Shown piece after piece: positions 36,997 through 50,288 of a DNA stretch of 64,000 nucleotides. Both the position numbers and the translations under genes were made by a program. The notes under the pieces are model-generated. The model worked only from the letters and a program-made list of their open reading frames with translations, was not told the DNA's origin and searched no databases. How positions within the stretch are numbered: position 1 is the stretch's first letter; every line of letters starts with the position of its first letter. The stretch lies in assembly GCF_018350175.1 (NCBI RefSeq), contig NC_058368.1:92506001-92570000 (forward strand), given 5' to 3'. This DNA comes from Felis catus (lineage: Eukaryota).

Positions 36997-37262
36997 AGAG
37001 CAGGGGTTGGTAAACTATGCCAACTGAATTCAGTCCATTGTTTATTTTATAAATAAAATTCAGTTGAAGGGTGCCTGACTCTCTCTGTCAGTAGAACATG
37101 TGACTCTAGATCTCAGGGTTGTGAATTTGAGCCCCAAGTAGAGTCTAATTAAAATTTTAAAAAGATTCAGTCGGAGCACAGTTTTGGCCGTTGGTCAACG
37201 TATTGTCTGCGGCTGCCCTAATGCTGTAGCTCAGAGTTACATCGGACACTCTATTGCCCGCA
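36997..37262 (+). mobile_element. MER58-like hAT-Charlie MITE interrupted by a short SINE (about 37068-37163)
   Basis: CAGGGGTTGGTAAACTATG start, TTTTATAAATAAAAT, ACGTATTGTCTGCGGCTGC. Confidence 0.6.
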
Positions 37263-37671
37263 GGTGAAAACAGGGCAAACGCATCATAAGTGGGGGAAGG
37301 AAATCATAAAACTGAAAGCCCACATTGGTGAAAAAGAAAGAGAAAATAGAGAACACCAATAGAGCCAAAACCTAATTCTTGAAAAATGTGAATGAAGAAG
37401 ATAAACTTCTTGCAAGATTATCCACAAAAATGAGGAGAAAATAAACATCATTAAGAATGAAAAGGGGCATAAAAATGAATGCTACAGTTCAGGGTTCAGG
37501 GATATAAAAATCACAGTAGAATATGAATAATGTTATTTCAATCAAATCGGAAACTTGGATGAAATAAATATTCAGAAAGTATAAATTGCTAGGAGAATTA
37601 GTTTTGACTCAAGAGTGAATAGGACAGCTAATAGATAGATAATCATTAAGGAAACTGTGGTTAAAAATCTG

Positions 37672-37703
<32 letters not shown>

Positions 37704-37830
37704 GTGTCCAGTAGGACCAGATGATTTTATAAGCACGACCTATCAAATTTCAGGAACAGTCTTACATAATGTGTTCTAGACAAATTGAGGATATCATTAT
37801 GAAATTAATCTCTTTAAAAATGACTATTAT

Positions 37831-38058
37831 TGGATTGCCTAGGTGGCTCAGTCAGTTAAGCGTCTGGCTTCGGCTCAGGTCATGATGTTGTGGCTCTTGG
37901 GTTCGATCCCCACGTCAGGCTCTGTGGTGACGGCACAGAGCTTGGAGCCTGCTTTGGATTCTGTATCTCCCTTTTTCTCTGCCCCTCCCCCGCTCACACT
38001 TGGTCTCTTTCTCTATCTCTCTGAAAAATAAACATTAAAAAATTTTTAAAAAATAAAT
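37831..38058 (+). mobile_element. CAN-SINE
   Basis: Consensus; TSD-like ACTATTATT. Confidence 0.88.
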
Positions 38059-39067
38059 TAAGAATTACTATTATTAATTTCTAAGCTCAAAGCTTCTTGG
38101 GCCAACTGACAGGGTCAAATTAACTCTGAGTCTGTCCAAGGTGTAGGCTCATGGTTACAACCTCTGAAGGAGACTTCTTTTCCTTATTCCACCAAACTCC
38201 AGTTTGAGGTAGACTCTCTTGTCACTCTGTGATAGTGGGTAGATGCTATCAAGCCCGTATTTTCCCTGAGGGTACAGGTCTTTGAAGACCTTGTTTTTAC
38301 CACTTGGCTTTACTTAGGCTCAAGACCTTATCTCTTGTCTCTGAGGAAGGACCAAAGCCCTTGGTGGCTGAGACATTCACCTTTGCTCCTCAGTAGTCTA
38401 AGTATGGGCAAACTTCAAAACAGACATATACATTCCTCTAGAAGAAAAAAATCAAAATCAAAATCATGACCTGAGCTGAAATCAATGGGACACTTAACTT
38501 ACTAAGCCACCCCGGTGCCCCTTCCTTTTTTTTTTTTTTTTTGGTTTATTTATTTATTTTGAGAGAGAGAATGTGTCCTGGTTAACATGGTTGTAGCCGA
38601 GTGCATATCTAAGTGGTTTTGGAAGCCAAAAGTGGCTTTCTTCGGGTCTAGAGGCACTGCCAGAGGAGTGGTCATATTTAAATACAGGGTTGGGAGCATT
38701 ACAGATGAGGAGTAAAATTGACCATCAAATATATTAGGATGTTGAAGCTGAAAGAGTATTTTAGAAATAAGTAAGCAGCCATTAAGATAGGTCAGGTGGC
38801 TCTAAAAACAGGGCCATGAATACAGAGATGGTGGGAAGATATATTGGTTAGTTAATTGCAGGAGATGCAAATATAATAGAAAGTGTCTTGTTCTTTGCAA
38901 AATATGAAACACAGAAAGGTAATATTCTTCTTATGCATTTGGGAAAAAACCAACTAGTGTTATGTTATCACCAAAAAACCAAAAATGCTGCCAAGGTGCC
39001 AGACTTGGTCAAAGAATTAGGAGCACTGTGGAACCATCCTGCCCTAACCACTGCCTGCTATCCAATC

Positions 39068-39073
39068 AACACA

Positions 39074-39108
<35 letters not shown>
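39068..39108. repeat. (CA)n microsatellite (others at about 9509, 37672 and 40277)
   Basis: Seen directly in the sequence. Confidence 0.95.
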
Positions 39109-39110
<2 letters not shown>

Positions 39111-39207
39111 AGAAAAGATTATTCTTATATGGAATGCACTGGAAACCTGGATAGACTCAATGACAGAATAAAGAAAGAGGGATGGGGTCGATTCTATTTA
39201 AACATGT

Positions 39208-39423
39208 AGGGGCACCTGAGTGGCTCAGCCTGTTATGCATTTGACTCTTGATTTCGGCTCAGGTCACGATCTCACTATTTGTGAGATCGAGCCCCCTGTC
39301 AGGCTCTGCGCTGATGGCACAGAACCTGCTTGGGCTTCTGTCTCTCTTCCTTTATCTCTGCCCCTCTCCTTCTCATGCTGTCTCTCTCTCTTTTTCTCAA
39401 AATAAATGGAATAAACATTAAAA
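39208..39423 (+). mobile_element. CAN-SINE
   Basis: Consensus; TSD-like AACATGTA. Confidence 0.88.
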
Positions 39424-41115
39424 TTTTTTTTAACATGTAAAAATAATCAGCGTGTGTTCAAGAATTGCTCTGGGTATGACAGCTGTGTTACTGTCAGTAT
39501 AAATACAATCAACATTGTGGATTTGCTTTGCTTTGCCCAGGCACCTCCTAACACTTGCAGGACCCAAGGCAGAAGTAGAAAATGGAGGCCTAATACCATA
39601 TTATAACAAATTAGAATTTACAAATTAAGGCACCTGTGGAAAGAATAAAAACATGTTCTACCATTTTACCTCTGTGTGAAAGTAGGTTCAATGTTGCAAT
39701 TTTGAGACTCCTAGGGGTTCCATACCAGAATGTGGCCTCATGAGGCCTTCCGACACTTTCTCCATGGTCCTTCCCATTCCTCCAGGTGACTCTCACCATC
39801 ACATAGAAGATTTTTCCTCTTTCTGCCAACTTACAGTTCCTGGAACTAACAAAATGTAAGAAAATCTGTTTTAAACATTGTATTTCTTATTTTATTTGTT
39901 TAGCTTTCTCTTCTTTCTATGCTTATATCTTCTGGTCGATGCATACAAAAACAGATCTGTGACTCGGTTCATGTTGGATTCTCTTTCCTCCTAATTTCAA
40001 CCTTCTGAGAAACAAAACAGGTAACTTTATTTTTGTTTCAATTTCAGAAGACAATCTGTGAGCCTAGGACAGAGATGTAAGACTAACCTTGAGATATTTG
40101 AGCTGTTTGCCTCTTACTGGCATCAGAAAGTGGGAACATGGAGAAAAAGCTGAATAGATGTTTATTCTTCTAATGCATTCACTAACAAGTTAATTAATCA
40201 CATGCTAAGATTGTCTAAGGTCAAGGGTGTTTTTTGTGTGTGTTCCCTAACCCAACATTGCAACACACCTACCCATGTGCGCACACACGCGCGCGCGCAC
40301 ACACACACACACACGAACCGTATAAAAATGATTTATAATCTTTTTCTGAATGGTCAGACCACCTTGCAGAAGAATCAAGAATCTAGAGCTGGGAACAATT
40401 CACTGCACATGGTGGGGGGGGGGGTTAGTTTCTAGCATATTTCAGTCCCTGTGTGTATATGGTTTGCAATATGGGGAAGGGCACAGAATTTAATATGTAA
40501 TTTATTCAAATCAACCAGTTAGAAAAAATTTTTTTGTTTGCCTCCTATGTGACTCGGTAGTTGTCCTGTTCTGTGAACTTTAGAAGATTTGTTTTTGCCC
40601 TCACGGGACTTGCAGTCTGGTTCATGCATGTCTGAGTCTCCTTTTTTCAGATGCATAATAGGCAATGAATAAATGAAATCAGTAAATAAATACATGAAAA
40701 ATTCAGCTAATAAACCTAGTAAGTGGCTCAGATGAAATATTTACTATCAACATAGTACATCACTTGGTAAACTCATTAGTGAGGCACTCAATGTAAAGAG
40801 AATTAATGTAATTTCCAAATTTACACAGAGTGAGAATGGAAGAATAAGACAGGCTCATTTTTTCCTTTACTATTTATATAATGCTGGGAAAATGGGTTGG
40901 GAAAATTGTCACTGTTCTGTATCTCATTTCAAAGTTTTTTGGTTGCATTTGTTCATAATTTGTGCCTTTGTAGAATTTGATGAAATCTTGGAAACGCGAG
41001 TCTATTCTTGACATCACATCTGTTTACTAGCAAGTCTCTATGCTCTGCTGTCTCACCAAAGGGAATCCTGACTTTTATGGAGCACCTGTGTTTTACATAC
41101 AGTATTTGAAAAAAA

Positions 41116-41135
41116 ATTTTAATGTTTTATTTATT

Positions 41136-41179
<44 letters not shown>

Positions 41180-41344
41180 CATGAGCAGGGGAGGGGCAGA
41201 GAGAGACACACAGACAGAATCCAAAGCAAGCTCCAGGCTCTGAGCTGTCAGCACAGAGGCTGACAAGGGCTTGAACTCACTAACTATGAGATCATGACCT
41301 GAGCTGAAGTCAGATGCTCAAATGACTGAGCTACCCAGGAGCCC
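41116..41344 (-). mobile_element. CAN-SINE
   Basis: Consensus; TSD CATACAGTATTT. Confidence 0.9.
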
Positions 41345-41597
41345 TCATACAGTATTTAATGTGTGTGTGCATGGGTGTGCAATCAGTATCCCTATTTATT
41401 AGAAGATGTGGAAACTTTTAATTGAGTGGTGCAAGTAAGTTGTGTTGGGCTGTAGAACTAAAAAATGATAGATTTAGTACTTAGAACTTGGTCTCACTGC
41501 TAAGTGCATGCCTATGCTTCAAATAATACCTCTCTAAAAGGCTGAGTTGAATGATGCTCTCAGTTAATGGTCTAATGGCACTCTTTTTAAGAGCAAA

Positions 41598-41789
41598 TTT
41601 TTAAGTTTATTTATTTATTTTGAGAGACACAGAGACAGTGTAAATGGGGAAGGGGCAGAGAAGGAGGGAGAGAATCTCAAGCAGGCTCAGAGCCTGATGT
41701 GGGGCTTGAACCCACAAAACTGCAAGATCATGACCTGAGCCAGAACCAAGAGTCAGAAGCTTTAACTGACTGAGCCACCCAGGCACCCC
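41598..41789 (-). mobile_element. CAN-SINE
   Basis: Reverse consensus. Confidence 0.85.
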
Positions 41790-42149
41790 TAATGACTGTT
41801 GATACTCACTTGAGTTCACTGTAGAATCCTCTATTGAGTCTTCATTGGGAAGGAGGAAAAACTGGGTATAAATTGAGTGTAATTTTTTTTTCCATATACT
41901 GTTCAAACTCCTGGAAACATTCTTTAAACCAAATAGTTTTCAGTAAAGCCCAACTTCTGGAGCCCTTCTGAAAGGTCCACACTAGAAAAGAACTAAACCT
42001 TGGAACAGGATTGCATCATACATTGTTAGTCGAACAGAAGGCCCTAAGTCCCTAGTGATAAATATAGTTAATCATATCGGTGAGAACACTGACTTTCTAC
42101 CAGGACTCATACTTTGCATTTTATGTCATAACAATTAGAGCAACATTGT

Positions 42150-42325
42150 TTGAATATTTATTAGGTGAAGGATACTGTGTTTTGCATAAATTATCTTCCA
42201 TTTAATTTTTTACAGTATCTCAGTGAGGTAGAAATATATTATTTCCATTTTACAAATGTGGGAATTGATCTTCAGGGAGGTTGAGTTGCCTAAAATCACA
42301 TGGCTGGTTAGGAACGGAGCCCAGA
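42150..42325 (-). mobile_element. MIR fragment
   Basis: TATTATTTCCATTTTACAAATGTGGGAATTGA...GAGGTTGAGTTGCCTAAAATCACATGGCTGGTTAG. Confidence 0.65.
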
Positions 42326-42328
42326 GTT

Positions 42329-42645
42329 AGTTTTCTTTTCTTTTCTTTTTTTCAATTTATTTTAGAGAGAAAGAGAGAGAGCAGGAGTGGAGGAGAGGGG
42401 GAGATGGAGAGAGAGAATCTTAAGCAGGCTCTATGCTCAGCATGGAGCTCGATGTGGGACTCAATCCCACGACCCTGGGATCATGACCTGAGCCAAAAGC
42501 AAGAGTCGGAGGGTTAACTGACTGAGCCACTCAGGTGCCCCCCAATTTTTTACTTTCAAGTAATCTTTACACCTAACATGGGGCTCAAACTCACAACCCT
42601 GAGGTCTAGAGTCACAGGCTCCACTGGCTGAGCCAGTCAGGCGCC
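42329..42645 (-). mobile_element. Two tandem CAN-SINEs (long form about 42329-42543; short form about 42546-42645)
   Basis: Reverse consensus; second copy has the TAATCTTTACACCTAACATGGGGCTCAAACTCACAACCC short-type motif. Confidence 0.82.
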
Positions 42646-43724
42646 ACACTATGGGGTCCATTTTTAGAAGCAACAAAGATAACAGAAAACATCCATGCTT
42701 GTTTGCTTTCTGAAGGAATACTCTCAGAATGGCCAGTTTCCTGTGAATAGTAGTTGACAGCCTTAATGTCTCCTACAGTAACCCTAAAGTGTGACTTCCA
42801 TGGAAACTGAAGATGTTAATAGTTGACCATAGTCGCCATAACTACTGTTTTTTTTTTCCATTTGACTAACAAATAATGACTTAAATCTATCGAATTCCGT
42901 TCTTGATCCTCCGTAGGCAAAGTAAGAATTTTAAGTATGTTGATAAAGAGGGAATGGAGTTTTGAGTCTTTAGCTCACTGCCTTAAGTTCTGTGAGACGT
43001 GGGAAGGCAGCATTTTGTTTTAGGTAGAGTCATCTGTATGCCTGGAATTTGGGTTGACATAATTAAGCTCACACATATGTGCGTAAGTGTGTATATAAAT
43101 ATATCTCAATTCTCTCTGTATCTAGCTAGCTATCAATATGTTTTATATATAGATATTTTTGGGGAGTTCCCAAGGCTTATTGATTCTAAATTCCATAACA
43201 TCTAAGTTAGTGCTATAAATTTCTTTGCTTCATCTTTATGTGAAAATTTTCCACTTCAGAAAGCTAGCATTTTACCTATTGCTCTGTACAAAAGCTGCTT
43301 TGCTAGTGATGTACAGGGCCTTTAGAAGATGGCCAGGCCGGTTCTTACAGTAGCATCAATGATGATTGATTGAGCTTTGACTCTTTCATCAAATGTTGTC
43401 CTAATTTCACAGTGAAAAAAAAATGGATTCTTAAATTTTTTTTTTTATTTTTTAAATTTTTTAAAATTTATTTTGTGGTTGAGGTCTTTGCTGACAGGCA
43501 GCAGCATCATCATGGTGCATCATGGTGTGGACTTACCATTTGTGTTATAAGTTCTCTCTATTGTGATGACTTCAGATGAAGTTTGAGGGTGGATTTCCTG
43601 TCCTTACCAGCCAAAACCCATTGTACCCTATAAATAGGAGTGTAGTCGCAGGGCAGATCTCTGATAGCATAGGCCTACCTGGAGCCTGTACAGTTGGGCT
43701 GTCATTCTTAAGAAAGGGAATACA

Positions 43725-43940
43725 GGGGCGCCTGGGTGGCTCAGTCGGTTGAGCGTCTGACTTCAGCTCAGGTCATAGTCTTTCAGTTCGTGAGTTCCGG
43801 CCCCACGTCGGGCTCTGTGCTAACAAACAGCTCAGAGCCTGGAGCTTCCTTCAGATTCGATGTCTCTCTCTCTCTCCCCCTCCTCTGCTCATGCTCTGCC
43901 TCTCTCTGTCTCTCAAAGATAAATAAGTGTTAAAAAAAAA
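43725..43940 (+). mobile_element. CAN-SINE
   Basis: Consensus; TSD AAGGGAATACA. Confidence 0.9.
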
Positions 43941-43990
43941 AGGGAATACACAAATATCTTAGTTTTGTAATCTACAAAATCTTCTGCCAA

Positions 43991-44488
43991 TGTTGGGGAG
44001 AAAGAGTTTCCTATGCCCTTCAAGGTCCTTCTGGCTGGAGTATGAATCAAATTGATGTGAGATTAACAGGAGAAAATCCAATTTAATAGCGTATATATAT
44101 AAGTATGAGGAATCCACACCAACATGGAAATTTCAAACACACCCAACGGATTGCTAACATGGGCTAACAGAAGAAGAGGCATACAAATTTTTATTGGATG
44201 TTAATATTTTAATGTTTGTGTGTATGGAGGGCTTCATAGATAAGCACAGGGGTCCATCAGCAGGAAGGTGAGAGGAGATGTTTGGAAGACAAAGGCGCCC
44301 TGTTATGTAGATAAGTTTCTTCAGTAAAGGAGACTCTCTGTTACTAATTCTCTTCCTGGTACAGGCAGGCAGTTGAGGGGGACGTAAGTAGCTTTTCTGC
44401 ATTCTGCTGCGCTTTGATTGCTTTTGACTCTAAATAATGTTCACGCCAAAGTAGCCTGTCTTGGGGCGGCCTGTTCTTGGCCTCTACA
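43991..44488 (-). mobile_element. MER34-like LTR
   Basis: TGTTGGGG...CCTCTACA; GATTAACAGGAGAAAA and ATAATGTTCACGCCAAAGTAGCC...TTGGGGCGGCCTGTTC. Confidence 0.65.
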
Positions 44489-45596
44489 CTTGGAACCTTC
44501 TTTCTCTGAAGGAACCGTGGACGTGAGGGCTTAGGTTTCATTCACAGTACATTTGCCTCTGGTTAGTGCTTGTCATACTACCTTCAAAATGCCTTTTCCT
44601 ATTTCTCTTGCTCCCACTTAACTCCAAGCCCTTGGGGGCAGAGGCCATGTCTTTTTAATCTTTGTATATTTAAGATGTTCACAAAAATGCTTGTTAGACT
44701 GAACTGAACTGGAAAATGCATTAGGAACTGGCAGCCTTGATGTTCTCACACCTTGTCCTGCAGAAACTAGGTCAAAAGATCTTTAATAATGTGAAGGAAT
44801 CCTTACTCATTAGCCTTACAGCATTTCTCCCTTTGACAAATCAGGGCATGATCTTTTGTTGCGAAGTGTCATGGGTAAAAATCTGACTGTGATTATTTTC
44901 CTTGCGGTGCTTAACGCTAATGTAGAAGTCACACTTGAAGGATGCTTGCAGAGTAATTGTTTTACATGTAAGGAATAACCGTTGGTTGACCTATATTGGT
45001 GAAATTATTAGGAGCAGAATGGAAAGGAAAGAAGGAAGTATTTTGCAAAGAGCTGGGGTTTGCTCCCCGTGTAGTTATCCTTAGTGAAAGCCTGAGAATT
45101 GAGTGGAACTCGGTTCTGGAGACTGAGGAACCAATTCAGGTCAAAGCAGGTGTGCAGGTATGCTGCGTGTGAAGGGGTTTCCCTCCCAACAGGTTTGAAG
45201 AATTGAGATCACTTTCCCAGACCTTTTGTATTTTGATCCATGGAAGGGTAACCTACGTCAGAAGTATTAAAGGTAAAAGGAATTTTTTTTTTTTACTTCA
45301 GAAAAATCAAAGTGGCTATGTGTCAAGATCAGAAGTGCCCTAACTCCACCAGATATCTATGTTTCTGCTTATTGATCGATCAACAAATTATTGAGGGAAG
45401 AATTTGTGAGGGAAACAAGTGTACCAGTCAAAATTGCCAGGCTGTTTAAAAGGATTCTGGGAATAGGACTTCTGGAATACATTCTGGTAAAACCATAGGA
45501 GTGTGATTTCCATATAAATAAGACCAATGTGGACGCCTATGAAAAGATTAAGTTAACTGTGAATTTATTAAGAGGGTTTGTGATATGCAGATAGCA

Positions 45597-45753
45597 TAGG
45601 GAGGGGCAGAGAGAGGGAGAGAGAGAATCCCAAGCAGGCTCTGCACTGTTAGCACAGAGCCTGATGTGGGGCTCGAACTCATGAATGTGAGATCATGACC
45701 TGAGCTGAAATCAGAGTCTGACGCTCAACTGACTGAGCCACCCAGGCACCCCC
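45597..45753 (-). mobile_element. CAN-SINE (tail missing)
   Basis: Reverse consensus. Confidence 0.82.
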
Positions 45754-45941
45754 AACATATTTCTTATGGAAGTATATTTCCAGGACTGCTTAAATATTGC
45801 TATTTTAAAAAGAAAAACAAAATGGAAAGGTTTTCTGTGGTCAGATAATTTTTGGCAATGTTGGGTAAAACTGTATTTGGCAGATTTCTTTACTGCAACG
45901 ATTCTTAGTGCAAAAGTGCTTCTTAGAAAGGGATATTTCTT

Positions 45942-46163
45942 GGGGCGCCTGGGTGGCTCAGTCGATTGAGCGTCCGACTTCGGCTCAGGTCATGATCTCC
46001 TGGTCCATGAGTTTGAGCCCCGTGTCGGTCTCTGTGCTGACAGCTCAGGGCCTGGAGCCTGTTTTGGATTCTGTGTCTCCCTCTCTCTCTGACCTTCCCC
46101 CATTCATGCTCTGTCTCTCTCTGTCTCAAAAATAAATAAACGTTTAAAAAAATTAAAAGAAAA
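45942..46163 (+). mobile_element. CAN-SINE (young)
   Basis: Near-consensus; TSD AAAGGGATATTTCTTG. Confidence 0.93.
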
Positions 46164-46329
46164 AGGGATATTTCTTGCTGAGTTGTCCAAGAAATCATAT
46201 TTTGAGGGAGTCCATGGAACAGACTTTGGGGGATGATACTCTATTCTGACCCTACACACTCACACAAGTCCCAAAGTGATTTCCCTTGTTACACGGCTGG
46301 AAGAAGAACCGTGGCCAGAGTCCACATCT

Positions 46330-46731
46330 GCCCCCAGGCAGATCTCTACACCACAGAAAGTCAGTACTGAGATGGGTCTGCACAAACATACTTTAATAAA
46401 ATTACACTTATCTTCCATTAGTTTCCCCTCCTATATTTACCTTCCCACCATTTACCACCCCTGGAAGCTCAAACCCCTTTTCCTTTTTCTTGTCACTTCA
46501 CAAATTTATCGCCCTTTGTTAAAATGAGTATATGAGTCCTTGCATCCAAACAGCCTTTTGGGATCCTCATATCTCATCTATGAAGGCTTCATTACATATA
46601 AACATTAAAATGTGAACATCAAGTAAAATTTGTATCCCTTTTCTTCTGTCGACCCATCTTTTGTTAGTTTAATTAGCATGCCCCAGGCACTGAACATAAG
46701 AGGGGAGAAAAATTTTTTTGCCTTCCCTACA
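46330..46731 (+). mobile_element. MER34-like LTR 3' part
   Basis: CTTTTGTTAGTTTAATT...GCCCCAGGCACTGAAC...TTGCCTTCCCTACA terminal motif. Confidence 0.55.
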
Positions 46732-46750
46732 CCCTCCAACTGTACTTACT

Positions 46751-46828
46751 ACTGTAAAATTATCTCCATCACATCCACTCGGTGGAGACTCCACTGTAAA
46801 ATTATCTCCACCACATCCACTCGGTGGA
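46751..46828. repeat. 42-bp-period tandem duplication
   Basis: ACTGTAAAATTATCTCCA(T/C)CACATCCACTCGGTGGA at 46751-46786 and 46793-46828 (one mismatch). Confidence 0.9.
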
Positions 46829-47007
46829 ACACTCCTTTAGTGTTCTCGGTCCACTAAATCAAATCAAAGAAGTTAGGGACTGAAGATGAAAGAATACAGC
46901 CAAAGAAAGTGCGCCATATTAAAAGGGAATACTTTACATTATCTATGATTTCAAGTCTTTAAATCAAAATATGATAGGACATGTGATTCTACTTCTCAAC
47001 AGATGTA

Positions 47008-47234
47008 TTTTTTTTTTAATTTTTTTTTTAACGTTTATTTATTTTTGAAACAGAGAGAGACAGAGCATGAACAGGGGAGGGGCAGAGAGAGAGAGGAAGA
47101 CACAGAATCTGAAACAGGCTCCAGGCTCTGAGCTGTCAGTCCAGAGCCCGCCGCAGGGCTTGAACTCACAGACCGTGAGATCATGACCTGAGCCGAAGTC
47201 AGATGCTTAACCGACCAAGCCACCCAGGCACCCC
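47008..47234 (-). mobile_element. CAN-SINE
   Basis: Consensus; TSD TCAACAGATGTATT. Confidence 0.92.
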
Positions 47235-47321
47235 TCAACAGATGTATTAATCAGTGTGACCTTTTATTTGCACTCTCTCTCAAAATAAATAAATAAACTT
47301 ACAGAGAAAAAAGAAATACTT

Positions 47322-47530
47322 TGGGTGTGCTTGGGTGGCTCAGTCGATCGAGCAGCCAACTTCGGCTCAGGTCTTGATCTCATGGTTTGTGGGTTTGAGC
47401 CCCCTGTCGGGCTCCATGCTGACAGCTTAGGGTCTGGAGCCTGCTTTGGATTTTGTGTCTCCCTCTCTCTCTGACCCTCTTCTGCTTGTGCTCTTTCTCT
47501 AAAACATAAATAAACGTTGGAAAAAAAAGA
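47322..47530 (+). mobile_element. CAN-SINE
   Basis: Consensus; preceded by an orphan SINE tail at about 47272-47312. Confidence 0.88.
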
Positions 47531-48342
47531 AAGAAAAACTTCGGAAAAACCTGAGCTTAAGGATCTCTCAAATACCTTGCTGGTCTTACCGATTAAAATC
47601 TTAAAATTTATTTTACTTTAGGAAATAACGTATTTGTGCATAGCTAATATGTTGAGTATTCTACAGAAGGGGTCAAATAAAAGTGCATTTTCTTGTCAAG
47701 AAGACTTAATAGCTATAAACACAGAAAAATAAATAGACCTGAAAATATACAACAAAGACATGGTAGTAGGGGCAGAAAAAGAAATTCAGCTAATAAGCAG
47801 TAATATGTGCACCATTGGCATGCAGTGGTTGCTTTGAGGGAAAGGTTTGTGGGAGTTTTGGTTGGGGGAGGCTTGTGAGATGTTAATGAAAATATTCAGA
47901 GCCACACGGGAAAATCTAATGAGCTAGGAAAAGGGGTAGGGTCTTCTATGAAGAAGATTTGTTGTGTATATGCTCTTTAATCTTGAATAACTCAAGTAAG
48001 CCATACGATGAGTGATCCTGTATTGATAATCAATGATGTTAACAGTAAGATGTATCTCATGAGGGATGTGCAGGAACATGGGGCGTTATGTTCCGGGGCG
48101 GGGGGGGGGGGAGGGGTTGCATAATCAGTTTAATTATATATATAATGTGCCTTTGATTATGTTTTTGAGTTTTAGTAGGCAATCGTCTTGAGCCCAGATC
48201 ATTTGTGGGGGCCTTTTTCATTTTGCACCAGGGGCAAAAAAGCCTTTTTCACAAAACAGGAAAAAGTGCAGTTTAAGGTGCTAACATAGAATGAAAATAT
48301 GAACAAAATTCTAAGCAAAAAAATTAACAATTAAAATGATCA

Positions 48343-48475
48343 GGGGCGCCTGGGTGGCTCATTTGGTTAAGCAAACGACTCTGATCTCAGCTCAGGTCTT
48401 GATCTTGGGGTCATGAGTTCAAGCCCCACGTTGGGCTACGAGCTGGGCATGAAGCCTATTTAAAAAAAATTTAAA
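48343..48475 (+). mobile_element. CAN-SINE, short older type
   Basis: GGGGCGCCTGGGTGGCTC...GGGCATGAAGCCTATTTAAAA; TSD-like AAATGATCAG. Confidence 0.82.
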
Positions 48476-49361
48476 TGATCAGCTTGAATTTTATTATTCA
48501 TCTTCATATGCGCAATGCCGGTTTTAAATACAAATATGGAAGCTTTCATTTTTCCCGACTCTTAAAGAGCCTTTAGCTTGTATGCAGAATCACTGAAGTT
48601 ACACGATTTGTGTTTTGCAGCTCCGTCGTATATATAGATAGAAATAATTGCTTCTGACATTTGGATGGGGTCCTAACGGTTTATGGAGAACTTTCATGTA
48701 CCGTTACTTTGTATACAAATTAAAGGATTGGCTGCTATGATCATTTTATGGGTGATCCGACAGGGGCTCAGAGAACATATCACATGCTAACTAGTCTCTC
48801 AAGAGAGAGACTCTTATTTAAGATTCTATTCTATTTATGCTACGTTTCGATCTCTTAAATTATATTGCTATTGTAAAAACGTTGAAGTCTATAAAACAGT
48901 AGTTTTCCTGTAGCCACTGCCCAATCAGATCCTTTTTGCTCCTGTGCTTGCAAAAGACTTTGGGCTTTTTTTCTGATAAGGAGTGGTATGGTGGGTAAGA
49001 AGGCTCCCACCCCTCCCTAGCTGCCACGCCTTGGACCAGTCCCTTGGGGATAAAGACAGCGCCTAACTGCCTGGGTTTTCAGGAAGGTTAAGTGATGGCG
49101 CTGTATGTCAAACACTTAGAGCCGTGCCTGGCTGTCACATGCAATCCATGCAGAAAAAGCTATTGTTAAGCCTGTTTTTCTGGGGGTGGGGGGGTGGGGG
49201 TGGGGTGGGAATCATTTTGTTGCTCATTAGCGCTTGTATTGCAGAAGGAAGATTAGGGAAAGGAAAGCAAATCCAGTATTTGTTAGTTTTTATCCTTTCC
49301 AGAACTCTGGTGAAAGATTTAATTTGGGGACTCCTTACAATAAAAGAATGAGACACTTTTT

Positions 49362-50288
49362 AGGTTTTATTTATTTTAAAAGGTTTATTTATTTATTTTT
49401 GAGAGAGGCAGATGATGAAGTTTTGGGGTGATAGTGGGGGAAGGGTCCGGAGCCAACAGCCAAGAAAGAATTCCTGAAGATGTCTTTGGTGCAAAAAGGT
49501 GATTTTATTAAAGCACAGGACAGGACCTGTGGGCAGAGAGAGCTGCACTGGGGGTCTGACGGGTAGCTCATTATGACCCTCAGGTTGGGAGGGGGTCAGG
49601 GATAGAGTAAGTCTCTAAGGAATTTTGGAAGCAAGGTTTTTCTGGGACCTGGAGGGGCTAGCTGTTGCTAGGGAAACACCATTTATTACAGTTTAATAAA
49701 ACCTCAGTCATGACACCCTTCAGATGTATATCAAGGGGCCTAAGCTTGGAGTGTGATTGCCAGCATATATCCTGGGGCAGTTGGGATAAAGGAAGTAGAT
49801 TTACAGGATCCTCAAGGTTGGGACAATGTTAAGCCAAGGTTCTCTTTTGCCCCCAGCAAAGTGTCCTCCTGGAGGCAGCTGAGCTCCTACAGGGAGGTCA
49901 CTATCCTGGTGTCAAGGACTTGTCAGTGGGCTATAGGCAGTAAGGGAACTTTCTTTTCGTTTGCCTTAGTTTCCCACATCACCATGGCAAGCACTTAACC
50001 CTCTTTCCTTTGTTTTTGGGTAACTGGGAGTGACCGAGGAATATTACACAGATATCACCCGGCAGGGAGGGGTGATGCTAGCTTATACTTTGCCCTCGGC
50101 TTGCCCCATGCTCGCTCATCACAGAGACAGTGTGAGCGGGGAGGGGCAGAGAGAGAGGGAGAGAGAGAATCCCACTGTCAGCACAGAGCCCAATGGGGGG
50201 GGGGTGTGGAACCCAGGAAACTGTAGATCATGACCTGAGCCAAAACCAAGAGTGGGACGCTTAACCGACTGAGCCACCAAGGTGCTCC
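49362..50288 (-). mobile_element. CAN-SINE split by the LTR at 49413-50121
   Basis: Tail ...TTTTGAGAGAGGCAGA [LTR] CAGAGACAGTGTGAGCGGGG...CCACCAAGGTGCTCC. Confidence 0.88.
49413..50121 (-). mobile_element. Solo LTR family B, inserted in a SINE
   Basis: TGATGAAG...CTCATCA; perfect TSD CAGA (49409-49412 / 50122-50125); SINE tail on the left and SINE body on the right. Confidence 0.92.

Noticed and set aside
43563..43665. Possible C/D-box snoRNA (GTGATGA...CTGA)
   Set aside because: No terminal stem or recognisable rRNA/snRNA guide; these motifs are expected by chance.
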